DNA of 64,000 bases from Abyssibacter sp. Its GTDB lineage: Bacteria; Pseudomonadota; Gammaproteobacteria; Nevskiales; OUC007. The stretch lies in the NCBI GenBank assembly GCA_023146115.1, contig JAGLCS010000086.1:50605-114604 (forward strand), in the 5' to 3' direction. Numbering within the stretch: the first letter of the stretch is position 1; every line of letters starts with the position of its first letter. Below, in pieces: positions 19,209 through 28,409 of this stretch. The translations under genes were made by a program, and so were the position numbers. The notes under the pieces were generated by a model. It was not told where the DNA came from, did no database searches, and was given only the letters and a program-made list of their open reading frames with translations.

Positions 19209-21029
19209 ATGCCATCTGATCGGGGTTTCAACCGTCGAGATTTCTTGCGTTCGACGGCAGCAGTGGGTGCCGCGGGCACCGTTTTGGGTGTGGCCGGCTG
19301 TGGTCAGTCATCGGCGCCGGCGAACCGCGTCACCCTGCCGGGCGTCGAGGTCCAGGACCCGTTCAAGCACGGCCTGGCCAGCGGCGACCCGACGAGCGGC
19401 AGCGTTCTGCTGTGGACCCGGGTGACACCGACTGATCTGGACGGCAACTTCATTCCCGGCGATGTCAGCGTTAGCTGGTCCGCCTATCGCGACCCGGAGC
19501 TCACCGAACTGGTGACCGGCGGCACCACGATCGCGCGCGAAGCCAACGATTACTGCGTCAAGGTCGACGCGATCGGTCTGTCGCCATACACCGCGTACTA
19601 CTACCGCTTCAGCGCGCTGGGGCACGACTCAGTGATCGGGCGCGCGCAAACCCTGCCGGACTGGGATGCGGAGACCGAGAACCGGCTACGCATTGCCGTC
19701 GTGTCGTGCTCCAACTACCCGCATGGCTACTTCCACGTTTACAAGGAAATTGCCGATCGCAACGACATCGACCTGATCATTCATCTGGGCGACTACATCT
19801 ACGAGTACGGCAACGGCGAGTACGGTGATACCCGCGATGTCGATCCGCCGAACGAGATGCTGACGCTGGACGACTACCGCCGCCGGCATGCCTTGCACAA
19901 GGCGGAAACCGATCTGGCGGAACTGCATCGCCAGTTCACCTGGATCACCGTCTGGGACGATCACGAGACCACCGACAACTCCCGCAAGTGTACGGCCAAC
20001 AATCACAGCGAAGGCGCGATCGACGAAGGGGGTGAGGGCAACTGGTACGAGCGCAAGAGCTTCGGGATCCAGGCCTACTTCGAGTGGATGCCGATCCGCC
20101 CGGTGTCGGACGACGTCGTCGCCGCCGGGCAGTTGTTTGCGCCGGCGCTCGGCAAGACCTGGCGCAAGTACTCGGCCGGCAATTTCGCCGACATCATCAT
20201 GATCGACACGCGCCTGTGGGGGCGTGATGACGAATCCGACGCAGGCGCACCGTTTCAACGGGAAGCCGTGCGCGACTACATGAGCGCCGACCCCCTTTGT
20301 GGCGATACCACGGCCCATCGCGACATTCTCGGCCCCGATCAGGAAGCCTGGCTTCACGAGCAACTGCGCACGTCGACGGCAAAATGGAAGATTCTGGGCA
20401 ACCAGCTCATCGTCTCGCAGTTGCGGGTGACGCCGAATGCCGTGGCAGTGCCGCCAACGTATCTCAATACCGACGCCTGGGACGGGTATCCGACCAGCCA
20501 GGAGCGCCTCTACGAAGTCCTGCAGGGCAACAATCCGGATGGTTCGGACAACCCCGATGCCTCGGCGGTGGACAACGTGGTCGTCATCACTGGCGACATC
20601 CACACCTCCTGGGCCTTCGATGTAACGCCCAACCCGGACGCGCTGCCGGCGCCCACGCCCATCGCCGTGGAGTTCGTCGGGCCATCGGTGACCTCTCCGG
20701 GGTTGCCCATTCCCGGAGACCTGCCCAATGTTTTGCGCGCCTCCAACCGGCATCTGCAGTGGGTCAACCTCGATCAGAAGGGCTGGATTCTTTTGGACTT
20801 GGCGCCCGACTACGCGACCGGCGAGTGGTATCACATTGGTACCGACGCAGTGGTCGATTCGCCGGACCGGCCGGCGCCAAGCACCCTGGCGCGCGCCTAC
20901 CGTACGCCGTCAACGCCGGGTAGCAACGGCATCGAGCTGGATCTGACCGATGTCACCAACACCGCGCATCAGACCGATCCGGGTGAAGAGTACCTGGCAT
21001 CACGGCCCGCGAAGGCGCCGGCCTCGTAG
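19209..21029 (+). CDS. phoD: Alkaline phosphatase D family protein (PhoD-like, Tat-exported), second copy
   Basis: 606 aa. Twin-arginine signal GFNRRDFLRSTAAVGAAGTVLGVAGCG and motifs HLGDYIYEYG and WDDHE. GGGGAGGG Shine-Dalgarno before the ATG. Confidence 0.85.
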   Translation: MPSDRGFNRRDFLRSTAAVGAAGTVLGVAGCGQSSAPANRVTLPGVEVQDPFKHGLASGDPTSGSVLLWTRVTPTDLDGNFIPGDVSVSWSAYRDPELTELVTGGTTIAREANDYCVKVDAIGLSPYTAYYYRFSALGHDSVIGRAQTLPDWDAETENRLRIAVVSCSNYPHGYFHVYKEIADRNDIDLIIHLGDYIYEYGNGEYGDTRDVDPPNEMLTLDDYRRRHALHKAETDLAELHRQFTWITVWDDHETTDNSRKCTANNHSEGAIDEGGEGNWYERKSFGIQAYFEWMPIRPVSDDVVAAGQLFAPALGKTWRKYSAGNFADIIMIDTRLWGRDDESDAGAPFQREAVRDYMSADPLCGDTTAHRDILGPDQEAWLHEQLRTSTAKWKILGNQLIVSQLRVTPNAVAVPPTYLNTDAWDGYPTSQERLYEVLQGNNPDGSDNPDASAVDNVVVITGDIHTSWAFDVTPNPDALPAPTPIAVEFVGPSVTSPGLPIPGDLPNVLRASNRHLQWVNLDQKGWILLDLAPDYATGEWYHIGTDAVVDSPDRPAPSTLARAYRTPSTPGSNGIELDLTDVTNTAHQTDPGEEYLASRPAKAPAS

Positions 21030-21189
21030 GCGTACGTCGGCAGGATCTACTGCCGGCGGCCGGACGTCCCCAGTTGATTCCGCCGCAGGGTATGGGAAGC
21101 AGACGGCGCCTTCGTGGCGCCGCCCCTGTTCTTGGGTCTGCGAGAATCACGCGTTAGGGTGGTCATCCATTTGCAGCAGGACGTTCGCT

Positions 21190-21402
21190 ATGGAAGGTGA
21201 CCACACCTACAAGATCATAGAAATCGTCGGTTCTTCGCATGACGGCATTGAGGATGCGGTGCGCACGGGCATTAAGCGCGCATCCAAGAATGTCGATGCG
21301 CTCAAGTGGTTTGAAGTCAGTGAACTGCGTGGCTGGATCGACAATGGCGATGTTGGTCACTGGCAAGTGAAGATGAAACTCGGCTTCACGCTCAAGGACT
21401 GA
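21190..21402 (+). CDS. Dodecin family flavin-binding protein
   Basis: A 70-aa internal start of track ORF 20950..21402: MEGDHTYKIIEIVGSSHDGIEDAVRTGIKRASKNVDALKWFEVSELRGWIDNGDVGHWQVKMKLGFTLKD. This is classic dodecin sequence and length. Confidence 0.75.
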   Translation: MEGDHTYKIIEIVGSSHDGIEDAVRTGIKRASKNVDALKWFEVSELRGWIDNGDVGHWQVKMKLGFTLKD

Positions 21403-22040
21403 TGCGCATGCCGGCGATGACGGAACGGCCGTTCGCGCCGGCCTGCGAACGCAATCAGGGGCCGATTCTGCAGGTTCTGCAACGGCACCTGCAGGGCGAT
21501 GAGCGGGTGCTGGAGATCGCCAGCGGCACCGGACAACACGCCCTGCATTTCACTGCGGCGCTACCGCGTCTTCGGTGGCAGTGCACGGATCTGCCCGATC
21601 GCCTGGCGGGGATCGATCAGTGGTTATCCGATGGTGATCCGCATCGATTGCCGTCTCCGCGTCCGCTTGACGCGCTGGCCGGTGAGTGGCCACAGCAGAC
21701 GTACGATGCCGTGTACACGGCGAACAGTTTCCACATCATGCCTTGGGGCGGTGTGCTCGCTGTGTTTGCTGCGCTGCCGGCCCTGCTCGTCCAGGGCGGT
21801 CGGCTGATCGTCTACGGACCATTCCGGGTCGGGGGCGAGTTCGTGTCGCCCTCCGACGCCCAATTTGATGCCAGCCTGCAGGCACGGGATCCCGCGATGG
21901 GCTTGCGTGATCTGGAACAAGTCGCCGATTTGGCGGAGCGGGTGGGGTTACAGTTGCTCGAGCATGTCGCCATGCCGGCAAACAACCATTGTCTGGTCTG
22001 GACCATGGCAGCGGCCGACGGAAATGCCCACCATCAATAA
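21402..22040 (+). CDS. DUF938 family class I SAM-dependent methyltransferase-like protein
   Basis: 212 aa. N-terminus ERPFAPACERNQGPILQVLQRHL and the SAM-binding-like motif VLEIASGTGQH. The start overlaps the dodecin stop (TGATG); a Met 5 codons downstream is also possible. Confidence 0.68.
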   Translation: MRMPAMTERPFAPACERNQGPILQVLQRHLQGDERVLEIASGTGQHALHFTAALPRLRWQCTDLPDRLAGIDQWLSDGDPHRLPSPRPLDALAGEWPQQTYDAVYTANSFHIMPWGGVLAVFAALPALLVQGGRLIVYGPFRVGGEFVSPSDAQFDASLQARDPAMGLRDLEQVADLAERVGLQLLEHVAMPANNHCLVWTMAAADGNAHHQ

Positions 22041-22067
22041 CGCGCGTCCACTTCGCGGTGCCTGTAC

Positions 22068-23186
22068 ATGATGTCCCTGCTGATTCTGTTCTTTCTGGTG
22101 TCCATCGTGTTCTCGTTTCTGTGTTCGCTGTGGGAGGCCGTGCTACTCAGCGTCACGCCGGCTTATAGCCGCGTGCAGGAAGACAAGGGCACGGCGATTG
22201 GCCGGCAGCTGAGGGTCTTCAAGGACAATATCGACAAGCCGCTGGCAGCCATACTCACGCTCAACACCATTGCCCACACCGCCGGTGCCATCGGTGTGGG
22301 CAACCAGGCGGCCAAGCTCTGGGCCGATGCCAGCCCGCTGATTACCGTGCTGATCGTGCCGGGCGGGATGACGCTGGGTATTCTGGTGCTCTCCGAGATC
22401 ATCCCCAAGACCATCGGGGCGACGCATTGGCGGCGGCTGGCGCCGTTCACCGTGCGCTCGCTGCAGTTTGTCGGCGGCGTCATGACGCCGTTGGTCTGGC
22501 TTAGTCAGATCATCACGCGCCGGCTCAAGAGCGATGAGCACACGAGCGTGTTTTCGCGCAGCGATTTTCTGGCGATGACCGATATCGTTCAGGAGCAGGG
22601 GGCCTTGCTGGCCTCCGAGTCCAGCATCATCAAGAACCTGCTGCGATTCCGTGATATCACCGCCCGCGATGTCATGACGCCGCGGGTGGTGATTGTCGCC
22701 GCGGCGGAGGAAATGACCGTGGAAGGCTTTCACGCCTCCGTGGATTCGTTGCGGTTTTCCCGTATCCCCTGCTACGTCGATGGCTCCACGGACCAGATGA
22801 CCGGGTATGTGCTCAAGGACGACATTCTGGAGGCGTTGCTGGCGGGCGAATCGGAACGCCGGCTGGGCAGCTTCAAGCGGTCGATGCCGGTGATCCCGGA
22901 GGACTACCCGATTCCCAGCCTGTTCGATCGGTTTCTGACCGAGCGCGAGCACATCGCACTGGTGGTGGACGCGTTTGGTGGCACGGCAGGCATTGTTACC
23001 AGCGAGGACGTGATCGAAACATTGCTGGGCCTGGAGATCGTCGACGAGCGCGACGAGTCACAGGACATGCAGGTATTAGCGCGCGAGATGTGGAAGAAGC
23101 GCGCCAAGCGCATGCAGCTGCCGGAGCTTCCGGCAGAGCCGACCGCCGAATTTCCTGCCGGGCAGGAAACACCGGTCGAAAAATGA
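22068..23186 (+). CDS. CNNM / DUF21-CBS domain membrane protein (hemolysin/CorC-type)
   Basis: 372 aa. N-terminal DUF21-type TM region (LLILFFLVSIVFSFLCSLWEAVLLSV) followed by a CBS pair (ARDVMTPRVVIV...). Confidence 0.8.
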   Translation: MMSLLILFFLVSIVFSFLCSLWEAVLLSVTPAYSRVQEDKGTAIGRQLRVFKDNIDKPLAAILTLNTIAHTAGAIGVGNQAAKLWADASPLITVLIVPGGMTLGILVLSEIIPKTIGATHWRRLAPFTVRSLQFVGGVMTPLVWLSQIITRRLKSDEHTSVFSRSDFLAMTDIVQEQGALLASESSIIKNLLRFRDITARDVMTPRVVIVAAAEEMTVEGFHASVDSLRFSRIPCYVDGSTDQMTGYVLKDDILEALLAGESERRLGSFKRSMPVIPEDYPIPSLFDRFLTEREHIALVVDAFGGTAGIVTSEDVIETLLGLEIVDERDESQDMQVLAREMWKKRAKRMQLPELPAEPTAEFPAGQETPVEK

Positions 23187-23208
23187 CAGGGGCGCTGACG
23201 CGCCCCTG
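23187..23208. terminator. Hairpin terminator between the convergent CNNM and collagen-like lipoprotein genes
   Basis: CAGGGGCGC-tgac-GCGCCCCTG, a perfect 9-bp stem immediately after the CNNM stop. There is no strong U-run. Confidence 0.45.
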
Positions 23209-23259
23209 CCGGGTCTTCGCAGGCAAACTCTTGCCGAGCTCGCCTGGATCTACTTCGAT

Positions 23260-25197
23260 CTACTGTGCAAATTCCGACACGGTGATCTGATAGATCGCCG
23301 TCGTGCCGGAGATTTCGTTCCCAACCAGCAGTAGCGGTTCGCCGTTCGGGCTGTCTGCCGCCGGTACGAAGACCATGCCCTCGGGACCGAGGTCGCCGGC
23401 AGCCGGGTTGTAGCTGTCGTCGGGATTCTCGGGATCTTCGGAAAAGTCACGCGGGTTGATGTACTGCACGAAGCGTGGGCTCTCCGGCGAGGAGATGTCG
23501 TAGACCATGATGCCGCCAACGCGCTCCAGGCCGATGAAGGCGTAGGTGCGGCCTTCCAGCGTGCCTACGGTCAGGGCTTCCGGTTCCGGCCCCTTGTCGT
23601 CGCTGCGGTCGTCGCCTTCGTTGTCGTCGTTGCTAGCGTTAAAGCCGCCGTCGTAGCCGAGGCGCTGTGCGGTGATGACTTCGAAGTCGCTGCCGCTGTC
23701 GTATACGCGTGACTGTGTCGCGGCGTCGAAAATCGAGAACGAGCGGCCACCGTAGGCGATCAGGGCGTTGTACTCGCAGGCGGCGGTAGGCTGGCCGCCG
23801 GCATTGAGGCAGCTGGGGTCATCCAGACCTTCGGTGGCGATGACCTTGAGGCGGCCGAGATTGGCGTTCTCGAACAGGTCAGCAATCGTGTCACCGTCGC
23901 CATCCGTCTCGGAGCTCGGGTAGCGGTCCACGGCGGGAGAATCAATCTCTGCACCGATTTCATCCGGATCAACGATGTCGCGGATGCGGATCTCGTCCAG
24001 ATAGACCAGGCACTCGCCATCGTCGAAATCGGCCAGGCCCCGCGTACAACTGGCGGCATCCGGCACTTCGCTGATGTACTCGCGGCCGTCGCCTTCGTTG
24101 GCACTTAGCAGATAGGTTTTTCCGGCGTGGCTGAAGCTGGCAATGGTGTCGGGCATCAGCAGGCCCTGCACCGGCCAGTTGGCGATGTAGATGGTGTCAT
24201 CGCTGTTGCTGGCGTCCAGCTCATTGCCGGGCAGGCTGAAGTCTTTCGTGCCCGTGCCCCAGACCGAGGTGATCGTCGCCGTGGCGAGATCGATCTCGGC
24301 GAACGCGCTGTTTTCCTGCAGCGAGGCCCAGGCCGTCGCGGAGTCTGCCGACACGGCGATGTACTCGGGTTCCATGTCCTGCGCCACCGTGGCGCCGAAG
24401 GGCATGGACAGGCGAACACCCATGTCACGCAGATCGCTGGCCGCAAAGCCCGAGAAGTCCAGCGTGGCGACATCGGCGTCCAGCACGGTGGCGACGCCGC
24501 CGCTCACGTCGATGACGCTGATCGTGCCGTCCGGATCAACGGTGTAGTCGTCGTTAGGCTCGCCTTCGTTGGCGGTGATGACGAAATTTCCGTTGGGCGA
24601 GAAGGTCACCATGTCGGGGAGGGAACCGACCTGGACGGCGGACAGGAAGCTGCCGTCAGAGGCCTGGTAGAACGCGACGTAACCGAGGTCCGTCTTCGGG
24701 TTCGCCTCAATGGCTACGGCCACGATCCCGGCGTTGATGGACACGCTATTGGCCGGCCCCAGCGCATCTGCGCTCGCCACGTCCGTACGCGCGGCCGCCA
24801 CATCTGCCGACACATCCAATGTCGAACTCAGCACCGGATTCGCCGGCGACGACAGGTCGACAATATCGACGGTCTCCGACTGCGCGTTGACGACGTACAA
24901 CTGGGCCGTCGGAGCATCGAAAGCGACGATCTCAGCGGCGGCCTCGTCGAACCCGGCCGCGGGGTTTCGGAACGTTCCGATCTTGTTCAGAGTGATGGAA
25001 GAATCGGCAGCGCTGTCACCGCCAGGTCCTGCTGGTCCTTGCGGGCCGGCAGGGCCTGCGGGACCTGTTGGCCCCTGCCCACCAGTCGGCCCGGCCGGAC
25101 CGACTGGCCCCGCTGCTCCATTGTCACCCTCACAGGCGGCCATGCCGGCGCAAAGCGCTGCGACCGCGACAAACTTAAATCCATTTTGTACGCCCAC
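23260..25197 (-). CDS. Lipoprotein with an N-terminal collagen-like GXY repeat and a choice-of-anchor-I-type beta-propeller domain (members are often annotated as putative phosphatases)
   Basis: 645 aa. Lipobox AALCAGMAAC, then 11 uninterrupted Gly-X-Y triplets (GAAGPVGPAGPTGGQGPTGPAGPAGPQGPAGPG), then a large Asp-rich propeller-like body. The family assignment is from memory of sequence character only. Confidence 0.55.
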   Translation of the reverse strand: MGVQNGFKFVAVAALCAGMAACEGDNGAAGPVGPAGPTGGQGPTGPAGPAGPQGPAGPGGDSAADSSITLNKIGTFRNPAAGFDEAAAEIVAFDAPTAQLYVVNAQSETVDIVDLSSPANPVLSSTLDVSADVAAARTDVASADALGPANSVSINAGIVAVAIEANPKTDLGYVAFYQASDGSFLSAVQVGSLPDMVTFSPNGNFVITANEGEPNDDYTVDPDGTISVIDVSGGVATVLDADVATLDFSGFAASDLRDMGVRLSMPFGATVAQDMEPEYIAVSADSATAWASLQENSAFAEIDLATATITSVWGTGTKDFSLPGNELDASNSDDTIYIANWPVQGLLMPDTIASFSHAGKTYLLSANEGDGREYISEVPDAASCTRGLADFDDGECLVYLDEIRIRDIVDPDEIGAEIDSPAVDRYPSSETDGDGDTIADLFENANLGRLKVIATEGLDDPSCLNAGGQPTAACEYNALIAYGGRSFSIFDAATQSRVYDSGSDFEVITAQRLGYDGGFNASNDDNEGDDRSDDKGPEPEALTVGTLEGRTYAFIGLERVGGIMVYDISSPESPRFVQYINPRDFSEDPENPDDSYNPAAGDLGPEGMVFVPAADSPNGEPLLLVGNEISGTTAIYQITVSEFAQ

Positions 25198-25305
25198 TTC
25201 GAACTCTCCCTTATCGTTGGACTAACCGCACACGCTAGCCAGCGAAGTTGACGTTTTCGTGGCATCCCGCCGCGTTGGCGTTCCAACACTGACAAGGAGT
25301 CACCG

Positions 25306-25824
25306 ATGGTTGGATGCAAGTCCGCGATGTCGCGACGCAGGCAATACGTGGCTGGGGGTTTTCTGGTGCTGATGGTCAGTGGGTTGTCCGGCTGCGCGGC
25401 CCTGGCTGAGCATCGCGTGGGGCTCGCGGGCGACGACGCGCTCGCGCCCTGTCCGCCTGCGCCGCGTTGTGTCAGTTCACAGGCCACGGTGAGTCGCCAC
25501 TCGGTGCCGCCGCTGGTGTTGGTAGGGTCGCCCGAGCTCGCTTGGAGCGAGGCGGTCGTGGCCTTGGAAGCGATGGACCGGACGGCGGTCGTGGAACGCG
25601 AAGATCGCTATGTGCGGGCAGAAGTCGTCAGCCCCTGGGGCGTGTATACCGACGACGTCGAACTGGTCTTCCGACCTGAGCAGGGGTTGATCGACCTGCG
25701 CTCAACGGCCCGCTTGGGCTACTACGACTTCCAGGTCAACCGCGATCGTGTTGAGCGGCTGCGCGCGCAACTGGTATCCGAGGGCGTCGTTCGTCCGTTG
25801 CGGGGTTCGGCGGTGGATGACTGA
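25306..25824 (+). CDS. DUF1499 domain lipoprotein
   Basis: 172 aa. Lipobox MVSGLSGC and DUF1499-like blocks (PCPPAPRCVSSQA; YVRAEVVSPWGVYTDDVELVF; YYDFQVNRDRVERLR). Confidence 0.62.
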   Translation: MVGCKSAMSRRRQYVAGGFLVLMVSGLSGCAALAEHRVGLAGDDALAPCPPAPRCVSSQATVSRHSVPPLVLVGSPELAWSEAVVALEAMDRTAVVEREDRYVRAEVVSPWGVYTDDVELVFRPEQGLIDLRSTARLGYYDFQVNRDRVERLRAQLVSEGVVRPLRGSAVDD

Positions 25825-25922
25825 CTTGTCATCCGACCGAGGCTTCGCGCTATGCTGAACGGCCGGGTTCGTTGGCGTACCCGCGAGCGACCCGGTGATT
25901 CACTTGAGCAAGGAGTCGCCGC

Positions 25923-26378
25923 ATGCACGAAGATTTTCAGCACCGACTGGTTGTCGTGGCAGATGCCGCGCAGGCCAAGATTTTTCGCTTTCGCGCGAAC
26001 CGTCTTCCGCTGGAGCCGGTCGAGGTGCTGCAGCACGATGAGTCTCGCATGAAGAATCGCGAACTCGTGACCGGTGGCCGTGGCGCGACGCATGCCAGTG
26101 CCGGCCATGGTGAGGATCAGACGGACGGCAGTCGTCAGGCGCATGAGCACGAGGCCGATCGCTTCGCGGCCGAGCTGGCCGATTGGCTGCGGGACGCCCG
26201 CACGCGGCAGGGTGTAGACGATCTGGTGCTGGTCTCGGCGCCCCGTTTCCTCGGCCGCCTGCGTGAGCGCATGGATACACCCACATCACGTTGCGTCACC
26301 CGGTCGATCAATAAGGACCTCGTCACGCATCCCACCGACTCCATCGAGCGCGCGCTGGATATGGACGTCGTTCACTAG
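25923..26378 (+). CDS. Host attachment protein family (Host_attach domain)
   Basis: 151 aa. N-terminus LVVVADAAQAKIFRF and C-terminal LVLVSAPRFLGRLRERM...INKDL are typical of this family. The assignment is from memory. Confidence 0.58.
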   Translation: MHEDFQHRLVVVADAAQAKIFRFRANRLPLEPVEVLQHDESRMKNRELVTGGRGATHASAGHGEDQTDGSRQAHEHEADRFAAELADWLRDARTRQGVDDLVLVSAPRFLGRLRERMDTPTSRCVTRSINKDLVTHPTDSIERALDMDVVH

Positions 26379-26471
26379 CCCGCGCAAGCCGGCGCTACCC
26401 AGGCGCTGTGGCATCGGGCAGGATATGCGGATCACTTGCCCTTCCGCACGGATGCGGGATTGGACCCGAAA

Positions 26472-27188
26472 ATGACACGCCGTCTCCTACTGGTATCCGC
26501 TGTCGCGCTGCTTTTGAGCGCCTGTGCGTCCACTCCGTACAAATCGCTGTCGGAGGCCGGAACGGGGCAACGGGTAGTCGTCATCGGTGCCGTGGACGCC
26601 ATTCTTTATCTGCAAAGCCGTGGCGTGCAGGAGGCCGCCTTGGGCCGCGACACCATGCGGGTGGATCGGTGGGGGCTTCACGACATCGTGGCCAACGAAG
26701 TGGCGGCGATTCTGCGGGCGCGCGGATTTTCCGAGGTGCGGGTTCAGAACAGCCTCGGACTGCGCCAGGAGCTCCGATTCATTGACTCCTACCAACGCCT
26801 CAATGCAGCCCAGACCGAGTCACAGCAAGACCGTTTGAGTCGCCTGGCCTCTCGTATGAGCGCTGATGTACTGGTCATCGCGACCGCGGGCGAAGTGGGT
26901 GATGTGTTCTTCGGCACCGGAGAAAGCGTGACCGGTTTCGGGGTTTACCAGTACTCGGCGCCATCCGGTCTGCGCAGCGTCAACTTTTCCGCATTGCAGA
27001 TCACGATGTTCGATGCGTCAGCCCATGAGTTGGGCCACGCGCTCGGGTTCGAGGGCGCGGTCCGCGAAGACGCCGATTGGTTGCGCGTGCTGCAACTGTC
27101 CGAAGCGCAGTTGGAGGTCATGCAGCCCGTGATCGCTTCACAGCATCGAACGCTGGCGAAACGGCTGATGCAGGACCTCGGGTTCTGA
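26472..27188 (+). CDS. Hypothetical lipoprotein
   Basis: An internal start of track ORF 26436..27188: MTRRLLLVSAVALLLSACAS lipobox. I recognise no family. Confidence 0.5.
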   Translation: MTRRLLLVSAVALLLSACASTPYKSLSEAGTGQRVVVIGAVDAILYLQSRGVQEAALGRDTMRVDRWGLHDIVANEVAAILRARGFSEVRVQNSLGLRQELRFIDSYQRLNAAQTESQQDRLSRLASRMSADVLVIATAGEVGDVFFGTGESVTGFGVYQYSAPSGLRSVNFSALQITMFDASAHELGHALGFEGAVREDADWLRVLQLSEAQLEVMQPVIASQHRTLAKRLMQDLGF

Positions 27189-27241
27189 TCAGGGATGGAT
27201 CACTCGGAGAGAGGCGCCCCTCCGGCGAGGCCTGCTGGGCG

Positions 27242-27952
27242 CTAGGTTCCGACGGCCAAAGCTTCTCGCCCCACGGCCGCACGACGCTTCGCTTGTGCTG
27301 CTGCCAGTACGGGCGTTTCGCTAGCGGGCAGTGATGGGGCGAACTGCGCCGGCAACACGTCTACTAACTCGCTAGTGTTTGCGAGCATCAGAATCCATTC
27401 GCCGCCATGGCCTTGTTCCGGGAAGCGCTCGGCGACGCGCTGTGCTTCAAAGCGGAACCCAAGACTGTCGTACATCGCTTTGGCGGGGCGGTTGTCGGAC
27501 GAGACAATCAGGCTGACCTGACGCAACCCCAATGCTTCGGCTCGTCGGACCGAATCCGCTAGCAGCGCGCGGGCAACCCCACGCCGCCGTACGTTTTTGG
27601 CCGTGGCCAGGGCGTTGACATACCACGTGCCGGTTGCCATTGCTTCAAGCTCGACCAAGCCGCGGATCACGCCGCAGCAATTGTTGATCTCATCCCGATC
27701 TCGAACGCTATCCAGATCAAATGCTTGGCAAACACCCACGACTTGTCCGTTGTGCGTGTGGACGCGCCCATGTGTGAAGCTGAATTCACCCTCGATGGCG
27801 GAGGTATGCCGTAACCCTGCCTCGACAACACTTTCGCCGGGGCGGGCACGCGTACGCCACAAGTACCGGGGAATGCCCTCGCCGGCCAGATCAACCATCT
27901 CGGCGATGGTGGGGGCGTCAGCGGGCGTTGCGTTTCTGATGTTCATTGACAT
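27242..27952 (-). CDS. GNAT family N-acetyltransferase
   Basis: An internal start (MSMNIRNATPADAPTIAEMV) of track ORF 27242..28045. Acetyl-CoA-binding motif VRRRGVARALL. Confidence 0.7.
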   Translation of the reverse strand: MSMNIRNATPADAPTIAEMVDLAGEGIPRYLWRTRARPGESVVEAGLRHTSAIEGEFSFTHGRVHTHNGQVVGVCQAFDLDSVRDRDEINNCCGVIRGLVELEAMATGTWYVNALATAKNVRRRGVARALLADSVRRAEALGLRQVSLIVSSDNRPAKAMYDSLGFRFEAQRVAERFPEQGHGGEWILMLANTSELVDVLPAQFAPSLPASETPVLAAAQAKRRAAVGREALAVGT

Positions 27953-28365
27953 GAGCCTTTCCAATGTCTCTTCAAACTTGCTAAAGCAACAAGTGATTGC
28001 TGCACTTCCATGAGCAGCGAAATGGCGACTAGCGCCTTCGGTCACTCCAAGTCGTTCCGCGGTTCCCTGCGGGAACTCGCAAGCAGCGGACCAGTTAGTG
28101 ACTAATACGGTTTGGCAACGCGTGATGGCGTCGCTGTGATGAATTGAATGACTACTTCCCCCTTACGGAAAAACGCGCCGAAACCGGACATTAGACCGTG
28201 ACGTTCCAACTCGTTATGGCCCGCATGATCATATTTCGGTCCGTGGTATGCAATTTGTGACGGATACCTCGATACAGCCGGTTATCAGGGCTGAGAGGTG
28301 CGCGAGAACCGCCGCAGCATCTCAAGACTCTGTTGCGACGAAATGAAGCCCTATTGCGGTGCAAC

Positions 28366-28391
28366 AAAAAAGGCCCTGATTGGGGCCTTTT
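28366..28391 (-). terminator. Rho-independent terminator downstream of rho (bidirectional shape)
   Basis: AAAAAAGGCCC-tgattg-GGGCCTTTT. On the minus strand the GC stem is followed by a U-run, about 20 nt after the rho stop codon. Confidence 0.7.
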
Positions 28392-28409
28392 CAGGACCTG
28401 GCGGCTGTG

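Noticed and set aside
25018-25119. A 9-nt periodic GC-rich DNA repeat that could be mistaken for a tandem-repeat or VNTR locus
   Set aside because: It is the in-frame coding sequence of the Gly-X-Y collagen-like tract of the lipoprotein gene, so it is reported as a protein feature instead.
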